A DNA stretch of 64,000 bases from an uncultured bacterium (lineage in GTDB: Bacteria > Verrucomicrobiota > Verrucomicrobiia > Limisphaerales > UBA8199), in NCBI GenBank assembly GCA_963749495.1, contig CAVVMW010000023.1, positions 288,001 through 352,000 of the forward strand. The letters are read 5' to 3'. Both the position numbers and the translations under genes were made by a program. The notes beneath the pieces were generated by a model that was given only the letters and a program-made list of their open reading frames with translations, was not told where the DNA came from and made no database searches. The stretch's first letter is position 1. Each line of letters opens with the position of its first letter. Below, in pieces: positions 51,006 to 61,187 of the stretch.

Positions 51006-51225
51006 GGCACCTAATTGTTACTATTTTGTCCGGCTCCCCCCAATGACCAATGACCGACATTTCCCTTGACTGGCGGGCGGCGGGGGGTATTTAGATCTTG
51101 GTTCGTGAGTAATGGGGCATCCGAGGCGCGCATGTCGAGTGGCAAGCCCACCGGGTCCGCTCGACACCTGGCACTCAAGACACCCCTGTCTGGACACTTT
51201 TGAACCAAGGTCTGATTGCGTGAGC

Positions 51226-51352
51226 GTAACTGTTCAGGTCGCGCATGGGAGCGCGGACGCCCCGTCCGCGCGTTTCTTGCCGCCAGAGCCGCGCGGACGA
51301 GGCGTCCGCGCTCCTATGGAACGGCACTTTCCCCTGCGACCTGAACAGTTAC
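51226..51352. mobile_element. 127-bp MITE carrying a family D REP doublet
   Basis: Perfect 17-bp terminal IR GTAACTGTTCAGGTCGC and an 8-bp target duplication GCGTGAGC at 51218-51225 and 51353-51360. Confidence 0.9.
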
Positions 51353-51382
51353 GCGTGAGCTAACTCATTAACGTTGGGAGTC

Positions 51383-52168
51383 ATGGACCAAATGAACACT
51401 CTGAACTCCAAGCCCGGCTCCCGCTGTGCCGGGCGGGGCGCTTTCACGCTCATCGAGTTGCTGGTGGTGATTGCCATCATCGCCATCCTGGCGGCGATGC
51501 TCCTGCCGGCGTTGGCGCGGGCAAAAGAAAATGCCAGGCGCACTCAATGCCTGAACAACCTCAAGCAATTCTGCATGGCGCTGCACATCTACGCGACCGA
51601 TAGCAAAGACAAGCTGCCCATGGCCGATGTCGGCAATTGGATTTGGGACTTGCAATGGGACGTGGGCACCACGATGGAGGCCAGTGGGGCCAAGTACAGG
51701 ATCATGTACTGTCCGGGAACCGCTCCCAGATTCACCGACCAGGACAACTACAATCTTTATTACGTATTCGCGACGAACCTCTTTCATGTCCTGGGCTACG
51801 CGATGACGCTGGACGGCACGCCATCCCTGGCACAAACCAACCGGAACCCCACCATCATCCCCTCGACCATCCCTTGGGCAGGGCATCCCTCCTTCCCCGT
51901 GCCTTCGTCCAGCGAGCGCGTGTTGGCGGCGGACGCCACGATCTCTCAGCCCTACGAAAACAGCGACAACATGGCGGTCCGGGCGACCTATAACTACACC
52001 CAGATCCAGGGCGGCTATCCAAAGCAGCACCTCACCGCGCACATGAGAGGGAAAATGCCCGCAGGGGGCAATGTGGGAATGCTCGACGGTCACGTCGAGT
52101 GGCGCAAGTTCCCCAAAATGCACGAGCGGACAGACTCCAGTTCCGGCAGCCCGGTGTTTTGGTGGTGA
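51383..52168 (+). CDS. Prepilin-type N-terminal cleavage/methylation protein with H-X9-DG-like C-terminus
   Basis: [26 protein letters not shown]...CLNNLKQ, YCP and H...[13 protein letters not shown]. Confidence 0.92.
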   Translation: MDQMNTLNSKPGSRCAGRGAFTLIELLVVIAIIAILAAMLLPALARAKENARRTQCLNNLKQFCMALHIYATDSKDKLPMADVGNWIWDLQWDVGTTMEASGAKYRIMYCPGTAPRFTDQDNYNLYYVFATNLFHVLGYAMTLDGTPSLAQTNRNPTIIPSTIPWAGHPSFPVPSSSERVLAADATISQPYENSDNMAVRATYNYTQIQGGYPKQHLTAHMRGKMPAGGNVGMLDGHVEWRKFPKMHERTDSSSGSPVFWW

Positions 52169-52254
52169 TATGGGGTGAGTGTCGGACAAACACCGATGCC
52201 AGAATCGGACCGCACCGAATGGCCGGCAGATGCGGCAAGCCTCATGCTGGCAGG

Positions 52255-52506
52255 GTGAGAACGACCAAGCGTAAAGCGAGACCCCCGATCGGCCGGACGG
52301 CCAGGCTCGCCTTTGAAATGGACGCCATCCGGGCCGGTTGCTGCGTTGCGGCCGGGGGCCTGATGAACGAGCAACCCCTCAGCGAGGCGGAGCTGGAAGA
52401 ATGCGCCCGTTTGGACGACGCGCTGGCCAAGGCCCAGCGACTGCTCAAGTGTACGGTCCGGAGCATTATGATGTCTCGACTGCAGCGCCGAAGCCGCGCC
52501 CGCTGA
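52255..52506 (+). CDS. Small hypothetical helical protein
   Basis: RLAFEMDAIRAGC...EAELEECARLDDALAKAQRLLK. Start is uncertain. Confidence 0.5.
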   Translation: MRTTKRKARPPIGRTARLAFEMDAIRAGCCVAAGGLMNEQPLSEAELEECARLDDALAKAQRLLKCTVRSIMMSRLQRRSRAR

Positions 52507-52838
52507 GGGCCCAAGGCGCGGCAAGCTCCTAAGGGCGTTACGCAGATCTGATCAAATGCGCCCACACCGCAACACCGCAGCGCCGGCCCTGAAAACGGTT
52601 GCGCCGGCCGGGCTGCGTGCAGTAGGCTGGCGGGCCGCGAATGGAATTAGAGCAAATCATAGATTCCCTCGCGCTCGGCCGGTCCTTCCCATGCCTGCTC
52701 CGGACACGGAGGGGGTCGCGAGCTGCGGATGAATTGGCCCGCGCGCGGGCTGCCGGCCAGTGGAGCGCGCCCGGCCGCCGCCTCCCGGAGGAGGGCCGGG
52801 GCGGGGGCGCGCGCGTCAAGCCAGGGAGGAGCTAGGCC

Positions 52839-54467
52839 GTGTCTCGATTTCGACGCGCTGCCCACGCCTTGGCCTCCGGGTACGTGGTGCTGGCAACCTC
52901 CTCGGTGTTCGCACTGGTGTCGGTGCCGGTGGCGCTGCACTACCTGCCGGAAATGCGATTATTCGGGCTGTGGGGCTTGATGTCGAGCATCCAGCTCTTC
53001 TTTAGCCTGGTGGATTTTGGCATGTCGGGGTCGGTAGCGCGTCTGCTCATCGACCACAAGGATGACCGGGCCGGGGGTGTCTATGGGGGCCTGGTCAAGA
53101 CAGGCTGGCTGGTGCTGTTGGCGCAGGGGGTCATCGCTTTTGTGGCCGGTTACCTCTTGGCGCCGGTGCTGGGCGCTGTGCTCCATGGGAGTGAGGACAA
53201 GGGGATCCCGCCGGAGTTGCAGCCGACATTTGTCGCGCTGGTCAGATGGCAGTGCGCCATCCTGGCGCTGGGTTTTGCCACGCGCATCTTCGGCCACATC
53301 CTGGCCGCCTTTCAGAGGTACGATATCGTCAATTACAGCTCGGTCGTGGCCGGGCTCTTGAACCTTGGGCTGCTTTGGTGGTTCCTGGCCACGGGGAGCG
53401 GGGTGTTCAGCCTGATCTGGGCGGGCCTGCTGAGCCTGGCGGTCTCAAACCTGCTCTGCGGGGCGGCGTGCTGGAGGCTGGGCTTGTTTCCTCCGGCCGG
53501 GGCGTGGGGGCGCGCCTCCTGGCGCCAGTTCAAGGAGTTGTTTGGCTACGGCAAGGACGTCTTCCTGGTTGGGGTCGGCTCGCAGCTTATCCTTTACAGC
53601 CAACCGTTGATCATCACGGCCTGCCTGGGGCTCAAGGCTACCACGGCCTGGACGATCGGCACGCGCCCCTTCGCCATGATCATCCAGGCGGTCTGGCGTG
53701 TCTTTGACTTCTCCGGGCCGGCCTTCTCCGAGATGATGGTGCGGGGCGAACAGCCGCTCTTGCGGGAGCGCTACAAGAGCGTCCTGGTCCTGAGCGCTTC
53801 GCTCGCAGGTGTCGCGGCGGTTTGCTTCGTGCTTTGCAACAGCGCCTTCTTCACGGTCTGGACCTACTTCAAGCAGCACACGGAGCCCGGCGCCGGCCTG
53901 GCCTGGTTTCCGGTCTATGACCTGTTCCTCGGCGTCTGGATGGTAGTCCTGGCCGTCCAGCACTGCCATGATACTTTGGTGTTGCTCACCAAGAAGGTCG
54001 GCGCCCTGCGGTATATGATGTTTGTCGAAGGGCTGGTCTTCGCGGCGGCAGCCCTGCTGAGCGCCGGCTGGGGCGGGCTGCCGGCAGTGATTGGGTGTTC
54101 CATCGTGTGTACGACTTGTTTCAGCGGGGCTTATGGGGTTTGGCGGGTGAGCCATTCTTTTGGGCTTTCGGTTCGGGAGGTGGCCTTGCGCTGGCTGCGG
54201 CCGATGGCGGAGGTCCTGATCCGGTTCATCCCGGCGGCGCTGCTCATCTGGTGGGTGGGCGGGCGGCTGAATTGGCTGCCGGCGCAGGGCGTTCGGGGGA
54301 ACGAGGCGGCCTATCACGCCCTGTTCAACCTGGCCTTCAATGCGGTGCTCGGGGGAACGCTCGGCTTGTGCTTGTTTCTGCGCTACGGCCTGCCCGAGGC
54401 CATTCAGCAGGAACTGCTCCAACGCTCGCCCGGCCGCATCCGCCCCGTTCTGCGCCGCCTCTTTTAA
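52839..54467 (+). CDS. Oligosaccharide flippase (Wzx/MOP superfamily)
   Basis: FGLWGL...LVDFGMSGSVARL, many TM helices, and WRQFKELFGYG. Confidence 0.85.
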   Translation: MSRFRRAAHALASGYVVLATSSVFALVSVPVALHYLPEMRLFGLWGLMSSIQLFFSLVDFGMSGSVARLLIDHKDDRAGGVYGGLVKTGWLVLLAQGVIAFVAGYLLAPVLGAVLHGSEDKGIPPELQPTFVALVRWQCAILALGFATRIFGHILAAFQRYDIVNYSSVVAGLLNLGLLWWFLATGSGVFSLIWAGLLSLAVSNLLCGAACWRLGLFPPAGAWGRASWRQFKELFGYGKDVFLVGVGSQLILYSQPLIITACLGLKATTAWTIGTRPFAMIIQAVWRVFDFSGPAFSEMMVRGEQPLLRERYKSVLVLSASLAGVAAVCFVLCNSAFFTVWTYFKQHTEPGAGLAWFPVYDLFLGVWMVVLAVQHCHDTLVLLTKKVGALRYMMFVEGLVFAAAALLSAGWGGLPAVIGCSIVCTTCFSGAYGVWRVSHSFGLSVREVALRWLRPMAEVLIRFIPAALLIWWVGGRLNWLPAQGVRGNEAAYHALFNLAFNAVLGGTLGLCLFLRYGLPEAIQQELLQRSPGRIRPVLRRLF

Positions 54468-54474
54468 TAACAGA

Positions 54475-54503
54475 AGGGCGCCGGCGCGGTGCGCCGGCGC
54501 CCT
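54475..54503. terminator. GC-rich hairpin between convergent genes
   Basis: agggcgccggcgc-ggt-gcgccggcgccct perfect 13-bp stem, with no U-tract. Confidence 0.5.
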
Positions 54504-54628
54504 GTGTGGGGCTGCAGCATCAAGAGGGCAATGTGTCGAGCGTGGAGCGTGGGGTCATCGGGGGACGATACTGCACTGCACACCAGGCCCGCCACGCTCC
54601 AACGCTCGAAAGCTCGGGCCTGGGCCGG

Positions 54629-55658
54629 TCACCTCCGCCAACCGAAATTGACGTTGATAAAGACCTGCTTGGAAGAGGCCCGGATACCCGACTGGCTCAG
54701 GGCCTTGGCCTGAAGGAAGTAGAGGCCGCTGGGGGCATTGGACCAGACCATGGAATAGGGCGCATTGGTAGCCGTGCCCAACATGTGGCTGTTCGCATAA
54801 AAGCTAACGCTGGCTATCGAGCCGCCCGGGTCGGTGGCATTGGCATCAATTTCGATGTTTGCGCCGCGGGCGAAATTTTGCCCGTTGGTCGGGTTGGTGA
54901 TGCTCACCGCCGGCACGTCACTGGTGATGGTCATGGAAACCGGGGCTGAGAGAGTCGAGTGGTTGACCTCGTCAACCGCGCGGGCAAAGAGCGAGGTACT
55001 GGCCCGGACGCCCGTTGGTCCACACCATCGAGTAAGGGCTGCTGGTGACGCGACCGAGGAGGTCGTCGTTCGCATAGAAGCTCACGCTCAGGATCCGCAC
55101 CCCCAGGTCGCTGGCATCGGCCTCCAGCGTGATGGAGGCGGGGAAGGCGAAGATGCTGCCGTTGGTCGGGCTGGTCAGGGTAATGGTGGGCGGCGCGAGA
55201 TTGAAAATATCGTCCACGATCGTGATCGTGGCGCGCCGATTCGGGCCAATCGAATAGGAGGCGTTGGTCTGGGCCGTCACGATGACGGTCTTGTTCCCGC
55301 GATCTCCATTCATGATGGGAACGATCGGGACATCAACTGCCAGGAAGCCGGCCGGGATGGTCACCACATCGGCAATCTTCTGGTAATTAACCCCGTTGGA
55401 GGCAGTGCCGGAAATCGTCAGGTTCACTGCCAGGTCGGCGTTGGTCGGTCCGGAGCGCAGCAGGGTGAACGCGCCCGAACTTGTCCCGAGTAAGGCAGTC
55501 GGGTCTGTGGCCAGCACCATCACCGAAGGCACCGCGACAGGCGGGGGGACGGGCGGGGTCTGCGCGCACATCCAGGTGTTCCACCCCGCAAAGCACAAGA
55601 TCAAGCCGATCTGTCTCCAATTCCAGCATTCTATCCTCCAGCATTCTTTCCTTTTCAT
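54629..55658 (-). CDS. Secreted protein with Calx-beta-like and two bacterial Ig-like domains (frameshift near 55000)
   Basis: FTLLRSG...ISGTASNGVNY...ATITIVD, then two similar repeats of the form P.....P.NG..F......A.A.D.....VSFYAN...LG.....PYSMVW. Confidence 0.8.
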
Positions 55659-55895
55659 AGCATTATCACTTACTTGGTTTAGTTAATTCATGAGCATCCA
55701 GAGTCTCAGGCACAACTCGGTGCTCGATGTGACGTAGGCAGGAAATGTGCCAAGGGCCATATCCGGGTGTCCGGCTCATGGTCCCGGCTCTGCGGGCCTC
55801 CCTGGGGGGACCCCGCTTGCCCCCGCAATGCCCGCCACCCCAGCGGGCTCTGCCGGGCAGTTCCTCATACTTCCATCAGGATTCCATCAAGATCC

Positions 55896-57093
55896 TTATT
55901 GTGGCTGCGCCACCGGAGCTTGGGGAGATTTCCCCAGAGGACTGGGGATTAGTTCCCAGCTTGCCCTTTCACTGTCCGCCATGTTGCCCGTGTTGCGGGG
56001 ATTGCCACGGAACTTTGGCCAAGGGCTGCGGGCCAGGGGCAGGGTCGAGTCCAGGGCACAGAAGTAACCTCCGCGTTCGCAGATGTAGGAGACGCCGCTT
56101 GGCCCGACGGCCTGGCAGGCATAGCCGCCGCCGTAGCAATAATACTGGCACACCGGCTCTCGTTTCTCATCCAGGGTGAGCAGCAACCCGCGGCGGGAGA
56201 TGAAACTGGCGGTGCCATCCGCCAGGGCCACGGGCGCCGCATCGATGGGCTCTTCAATCCAGCGCGGCCATTTCTGCGTGCCGTCCGGGTTCACGGCCCA
56301 GAGCTCCTGGTTGACCCCCACGTAAAGGGTCCCGTCCTCGGCTATGACAGGCGAGGACTCGGTAATGCCCCCGGTGAGCAGGCGCCAGCGCAGCGAGCCG
56401 TCCAGGTTCAGGGCGTAGAGATAGCCATCCACCGACGTGAAATAGAGCCCTCGATCCAGGTTCAGCGCCGGGGATGAGAGGATTGGGCCGCCCGTGGCGA
56501 ATTCCCATTTCTTGGTTCCCTCCGGGCCAAGGGCATATAACTTCCGGTCGTGAGACCCGAAATAGATCGTGCCGTCCAGGCCGATGGCTGGCGAAGAGGT
56601 GACCGCGCCGGCGGCGGGGAATTGCCACCGCTTCGAGCCATCGGGCCGCAGGGCATAGAAATTCCCGTCCCACCCGCCAAAATAGACGGTCCCATCGCGG
56701 GCCAGGGCGGGCGAGGAATTGAACCCATCGGCCGGTGCGGAACTTCCACCTGAGCCTGCCATTGGGCCGCACGGCATAGAAGTGCCGGTCGCGTGAGCCG
56801 ACATAAACCGTGCCGTCGGCGCCCACGGCCGGCGAGGACTTGATCTCCCGTTCCGTGCGAAACGTCCAGCGGACCGTGCCGTTGGTCTCCACAGCCCAGA
56901 GCTTGCCATCGCGGACACCGAAATAAAGCGTGCCGTCCCTGCCCAGGGCGGGAGAAGAATCGCTGTGTTGGGAAACGTTGATTGTCCACAAGTTGGTCAG
57001 CCACCGGGCCTCGCCCCGGGCGGAGGCTGCGCTGAGCGCGAGCAGCAGCCACAGGCTCTTTGGCAATATCGTCTTCAATGCGCCCGAGAGCAT
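55896..57093 (-). CDS. PQQ-like / BamB-type beta-propeller repeat protein (frameshift near 56728)
   Basis: Repeated SSPA...DGT.Y.G..D..LYA...G..W units and C-terminal SPWPKFRGNPRNTG. Confidence 0.87.
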
Positions 57094-57100
57094 AACAGAG

Positions 57101-57312
57101 GAAACGTGAAACGTGAAACGTGAAACGTGAAAGGTGAAACGTGAAACGTGAAAGGTGAAACGTGAAATGGCGGCTCGGCGCCGTCGCGTCCCTTTTGTCG
57201 CTTGTGTCCCTTTTGTCCCTTGCACCGTCCCCGCTTGTGGGGCCGCACGTGCACGGTTCAGGGTTCAGGGTTCACGTTTCACGTTTCACGTTTCACGTTT
57301 CACGTTTCACGT
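57101..57312. repeat. Inverted heptamer arrays (GAAACGT)n / (TTTCACG)n with a 9-mer spacer array
   Basis: About nine gaaa(c/g)gt units at 57101-57167, cccttttgt-like 9-mers, then the complementary array to 57312. Confidence 0.92.
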
Positions 57313-58529
57313 TCCCCACCGGCGGGGCCGCACGCGCAAGAGCCAGCGGCGCACCAGGCGCGCCGGGGGAGAGAAGCGCCATGGGCGGCCTCCCCGGAGG
57401 ATTGGTTTGATAGTCCAGCGCCGGGGCCAGGAGACGGGCTGCGCTGAGGGGGGCGGCAGAACGCGCAGCCAGCGATCCGTCATGGCCTGGACGGAGAATT
57501 CGAGGCGCACGGCCTCGCGCGCGTTCCGGGAGAGCCGGTCCAGGTCCTGGCGGTGCGAGTGCAGCCAGACAATGGCCTGGGCATAACCGGCAATGTTATC
57601 GGGCGCCACGAGCTTGCCGGTGTCCGGGTGGACGACCTCGCACACGCCGCTGGGCAGGTCGCTGACCACCGGAACGAGTCCCCGGGCCATGGCCTCCAAC
57701 AGGCTCAGCGGCAGGCCCTCGTAATCCGAGGCCAGCAGGAAGATGTCGTGCTCGGCAAGCACCCGGGGCACGTCGGCATAAGAGATCTTTCCCGGCAAGG
57801 ATACCGTTTGGTTCGGCGCGGCGCTGTTCATGGCCGACTGCAGGAAGGCGCGATCGGGGCCTTCGCCGGCGACGGTCCAGTGGAAGGGGATGCCGGAGGC
57901 AACGAGGGCGTCGAGGATTTGGGGAAAGAGGCGCACCCGTTTTTGTTCCTGTTGGAGCCTGCCCAGGTAGAGAATGCGCAGGGCGCCGCCGGGCCGGCGG
58001 GGAGCGAGGGTCTCGGGCGCGGGCATGGGCACGCCGTAAGGCAGGTAATGGATGGGCACGCGCGCGAAGCCGGGCAGCGCGGCAAGGCCCTGCTGGATGG
58101 CCCTGGAAACGGCTCCCATCGCGTGAACGTGCGGCGCGTAGGGCCGGACCGTCCGATAGACGCCCGGGTCGTGGGACTGGGCCATGCCGATGCGGAACAC
58201 ACCTGGGGGGATGTATCGCAGCGCCTCGAAGGACATGGCGTCCAGGCTGGCAACCACGGCCGTGGCCCGAACCGCGCCACCTCCTGCAGGATGCGTTCCA
58301 GCCGGTCCTCGAAGATCGACCGCCGTTCATCGGTAGTAAAGACCGGGATCCCCAGCCGGGCGAAGTCGTCGGCCAGCGGGCTCTGCTGTTGGAAGCTGAA
58401 TACCGCCGCGCCGGCACCGCGCCGGATCAATTCCCCGGCTAAGTTGCAAAGGAACGTCGTCGCGCCGCCCAGGTCGAGCACTCCCGTGACCAGGGCGACG
58501 CGCTCCGATTGGCCCGGGGCTGCGTTCAT
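57307..58529 (-). CDS. Glycosyltransferase family 4 (frameshift near 58265)
   Basis: LGGATTF, ILYLGRLQQEQKRV and DIFLLASDYEGLPLSLLEAMARGLVPVVSD. Confidence 0.9.
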
Positions 58530-58690
58530 CCTGGAGCCTGAATCTCAGGCTTCTTCTCAAGGGCCATTTCGAAAAAGTAATCGAACTGCTTCACGCAATC
58601 GTCCTCTATCTGACCCGGACCGGGCCTGAAGGGTTCATTTTTCAAAACATTAGTTGACTCACTGGTTAAAATCCTGTAGTTGTTTTGCTT

Positions 58691-59575
58691 ATGCAAATCG
58701 AAAGCTTGAAGGTCTTTTGCGATCTGGCCGAGACGGAGAGTTTCACCAGGGCCGCCCAAATCAACGAGGTGACTCAGTCTGCGGTGAGCCAGCAGATCAG
58801 CTCGCTGGAACGGCTGTTCAAGGCGCTGCTGATCGAGCGGAGCAAGAAGCGGTTTCGCCTGACGCGCGAGGGCCAGGTGCTCTACGATTACAGCAAGCAG
58901 ATTACCCAGGCCTTCGAGAGCCTCCGGGGCAAGCTCCAGGAGGTCAAGGAGGCCATCTCGGGCACCATCCGCCTGGCGACCATCTACAGCATCGGCCTGC
59001 ACGACCTGCCGCCCTACCTCAAGAAGTTCCTCAAGGCCTACCCCACCGTCAACGTCCACGTCGAATATCGCCGCGCCAACCAGGTGTATGCGGACGTCAT
59101 CGGCAACGGGGTGGACCTGGGCCTGGTCGCCTATCCGGTGCGGGACGCCAAGCTGGAGACCTGCCCCCTGCGCGAAGACCCGCTGGTCCTTATCTGCCAC
59201 CCCCAGCATCCCCTGGCCCGGCACAAGAACCTCCGCCTCAAGGCGCTCTCCGGCGAGAAATTCATCGGGTTCGAGCCGGACATCCCCACCCGCAAGGCCC
59301 TGGACAAAATCCTCAAGGAGCATTCCGTCACGGTCCGCCACGTGATGGAGTTCGACAACATCGAAACGGTCAAACGCGCCGTCGAGATCGAGGCCGGCGT
59401 GGCCATTGTTCCTCAGGGCACCGTCCTGCAGGAAGTCGCCAAACAGACCCTGGCCCAGGTCACCCTGGAAGATGGCGCCTTCCACCGGCCCCTGGCCGCC
59501 ATCTATAAGAAGAGCAAAGTCCTCTCCCCGGCCATGAAGGAATTCCTGGCAACCTTGAGAGACCGGAAGACCTGA
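58691..59575 (+). CDS. LysR-family transcriptional regulator
   Basis: SFTRAAQINEVTQSAVSQQISSLE HTH, LTREG, and substrate-binding domain with DNIETVKRAVE. Confidence 0.96.
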   Translation: MQIESLKVFCDLAETESFTRAAQINEVTQSAVSQQISSLERLFKALLIERSKKRFRLTREGQVLYDYSKQITQAFESLRGKLQEVKEAISGTIRLATIYSIGLHDLPPYLKKFLKAYPTVNVHVEYRRANQVYADVIGNGVDLGLVAYPVRDAKLETCPLREDPLVLICHPQHPLARHKNLRLKALSGEKFIGFEPDIPTRKALDKILKEHSVTVRHVMEFDNIETVKRAVEIEAGVAIVPQGTVLQEVAKQTLAQVTLEDGAFHRPLAAIYKKSKVLSPAMKEFLATLRDRKT

Positions 59576-59600
59576 GTGTCGAGCGTCGAGGGGCGAGGGT

Positions 59601-59866
59601 GTGCGATCAAAACCGTCGGTCAGCCCAGGGCGCCTTTTTGCCCCGGAGGGGCTTCCGAGAATAGCCCGGCGTTTCAACGCCGGGTGAGCGGACCCAAGGA
59701 GCAGGTCCGTCCCGAAGGGACGGCTGAACGCAAGGAGTGCCCTCAATCGTCCCTTCGGGACGAGGGCCCCTTTTGCGGCCTCCCCGGCGTTGAAACGCCG
59801 GGCTATTGTCAGATGTCCCTCCGGGACAAAACCCCCAAGGGGCATGCCCGACGCTTTCAATCGCAC
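59601..59866. mobile_element. Family B MITE/REP element within a gtcgagg heptamer-rich tract
   Basis: Outer IR gtgcgatcaaaaccgtcgg / ccgacgctttcaatcgcac. The sequence gtcgaggggcgaggg occurs on both flanks. Confidence 0.87.
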
Positions 59867-59935
59867 CTGTGTCGAGGGGCGAGGGGCAGTGGTCTGAGTT
59901 CCCTCGACCCTCGACCCTCGACCCTCAACCCTCCT

Positions 59936-60835
59936 CTAAACCTTCGTTTCGTTGGCGCTGCCGCGGCGGTAGCCCTGCAGGTCCAGCGTGACGTGCGCGT
60001 AGCCGAGCTGCCTCAAGGACTCCGTCACCCGCGCTGAAATGCCGTCCTCGAGGAACCTCCGCATCTCGGCCGGTCCCACCTCGATGCGGGCCAGGTGACG
60101 GATGAGGGGCGCAGGCGGGCGGGCACCCGCAGGGGCGGGGGCAGGCGGCAGCCCGGCCGTTGCGGCCGGAAACTGGAAATTGGGCGCGGGCAATTCGTGG
60201 TGCCGGACGCGCACGTCGAAGAACCCGAGGTCGCGCAGGACGTCCTCCGCCAGCTCAATCATCCGGAGCTTTGCAGGCGTCACGGCCTCGCCGTAGGGGA
60301 CGCGCGAACTCAGGCAAGCCATCTGCGGTTTGTCGCCGGTGGGCAGGCCGAGTTGGGCCGAGAGGCGGCGGATTTCCGGCTTGGTGAGGCCCGCCTCTTT
60401 GAGAGGGGCGCGGACCTGGAATTCCGCGGCCGCCTGGGCGCCCGGGCGATAATCGCCCAGGTCGCTGGCATTTTCGCCGTAGGCGATCACGGCCAGGCCT
60501 TCCGCCCTGGCCAGGGGCGCCAATTGGGTGAAGAGTTCGTGTTTGCAGAAGTAGCAGCGGTTGTTCGGGTTGGCCACGTAGTTGGGGTCGTCGAACTCGC
60601 GGGTGCGCAGGACGCGCACCGGGAAATGAAACTGCCCGGCCAGGGCCAGCGCCGCGGCCAACTCGCGCCGGGGCAGGCTGGGGCTATCGGCAATGGCCGC
60701 CACGGATTTGTCCCCAAGCACCTGGTGCGCCACCATGGCCAGGAACGCCGAATCCACACCGCCCGAGTAGGCCACCAGGCAGGAGCCGTAGCCGCGCAAC
60801 AGCGCGCGCAACCGCTCTAATTTCTCCGATTCCAC
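59936..60835 (-). CDS. larE: LarE-like ATP-dependent sulfur transferase (PP-loop)
   Basis: VAYSGGVDS, NRCYFCK, DYRPG, ACLSSR, VRVRHH...ARIEV and VTLDLQGYRRGS. Confidence 0.9.
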   Translation of the reverse strand: MESEKLERLRALLRGYGSCLVAYSGGVDSAFLAMVAHQVLGDKSVAAIADSPSLPRRELAAALALAGQFHFPVRVLRTREFDDPNYVANPNNRCYFCKHELFTQLAPLARAEGLAVIAYGENASDLGDYRPGAQAAAEFQVRAPLKEAGLTKPEIRRLSAQLGLPTGDKPQMACLSSRVPYGEAVTPAKLRMIELAEDVLRDLGFFDVRVRHHELPAPNFQFPAATAGLPPAPAPAGARPPAPLIRHLARIEVGPAEMRRFLEDGISARVTESLRQLGYAHVTLDLQGYRRGSANETKV

Positions 60836-60891
60836 AAGCACGTCCAAAGAATGCCACCTATCACACCCCATGTCGAGTAGGAGGTTTCCGC

Positions 60892-60992
60892 AATGACGAA
60901 TGACGAATGACGAATGACGAATGACGAATGACGAATCTCCAATCTCTAATCTCCAATTTCCATTCGTCATTCGTCATTCGTCATTCGTCATT
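60892..60992. repeat. Inverted heptamer arrays (AATGACG)n / (CATTCGT)n
   Basis: Six aatgacg units, a ctccaat-type spacer, then four cattcgt units, between divergent genes. Confidence 0.92.
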
Positions 60993-61187
60993 AGCCTCTC
61001 TCTCTGTTTCCTCCGTTTCCTCCTGTTCAACTCGGATTCGACGCAGGCCCCGGGCCGGTCGGACTCAAAAAGCGTCAACATGCGCCGCGCCCTCCTGGCA
61101 TCTTGCGCGCACAACAGCATTATGCGAATACCAGCCGAGACCTCAGAGAAGCTTGCGCGGGTGCCCCGCGCCCGTGATGAACGAAAA

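Larger units (their letters stand above)
49206..51038 (+). mobile_element. ISKra4-family-like insertion sequence
   Basis: 22-bp imperfect terminal IRs (gggtgcgcgacaaaaaagtaac / gttactattttgtccggctccc) and a 9-bp target duplication CCCAATGAC at 49197-49205 and 51039-51047. Confidence 0.9.
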
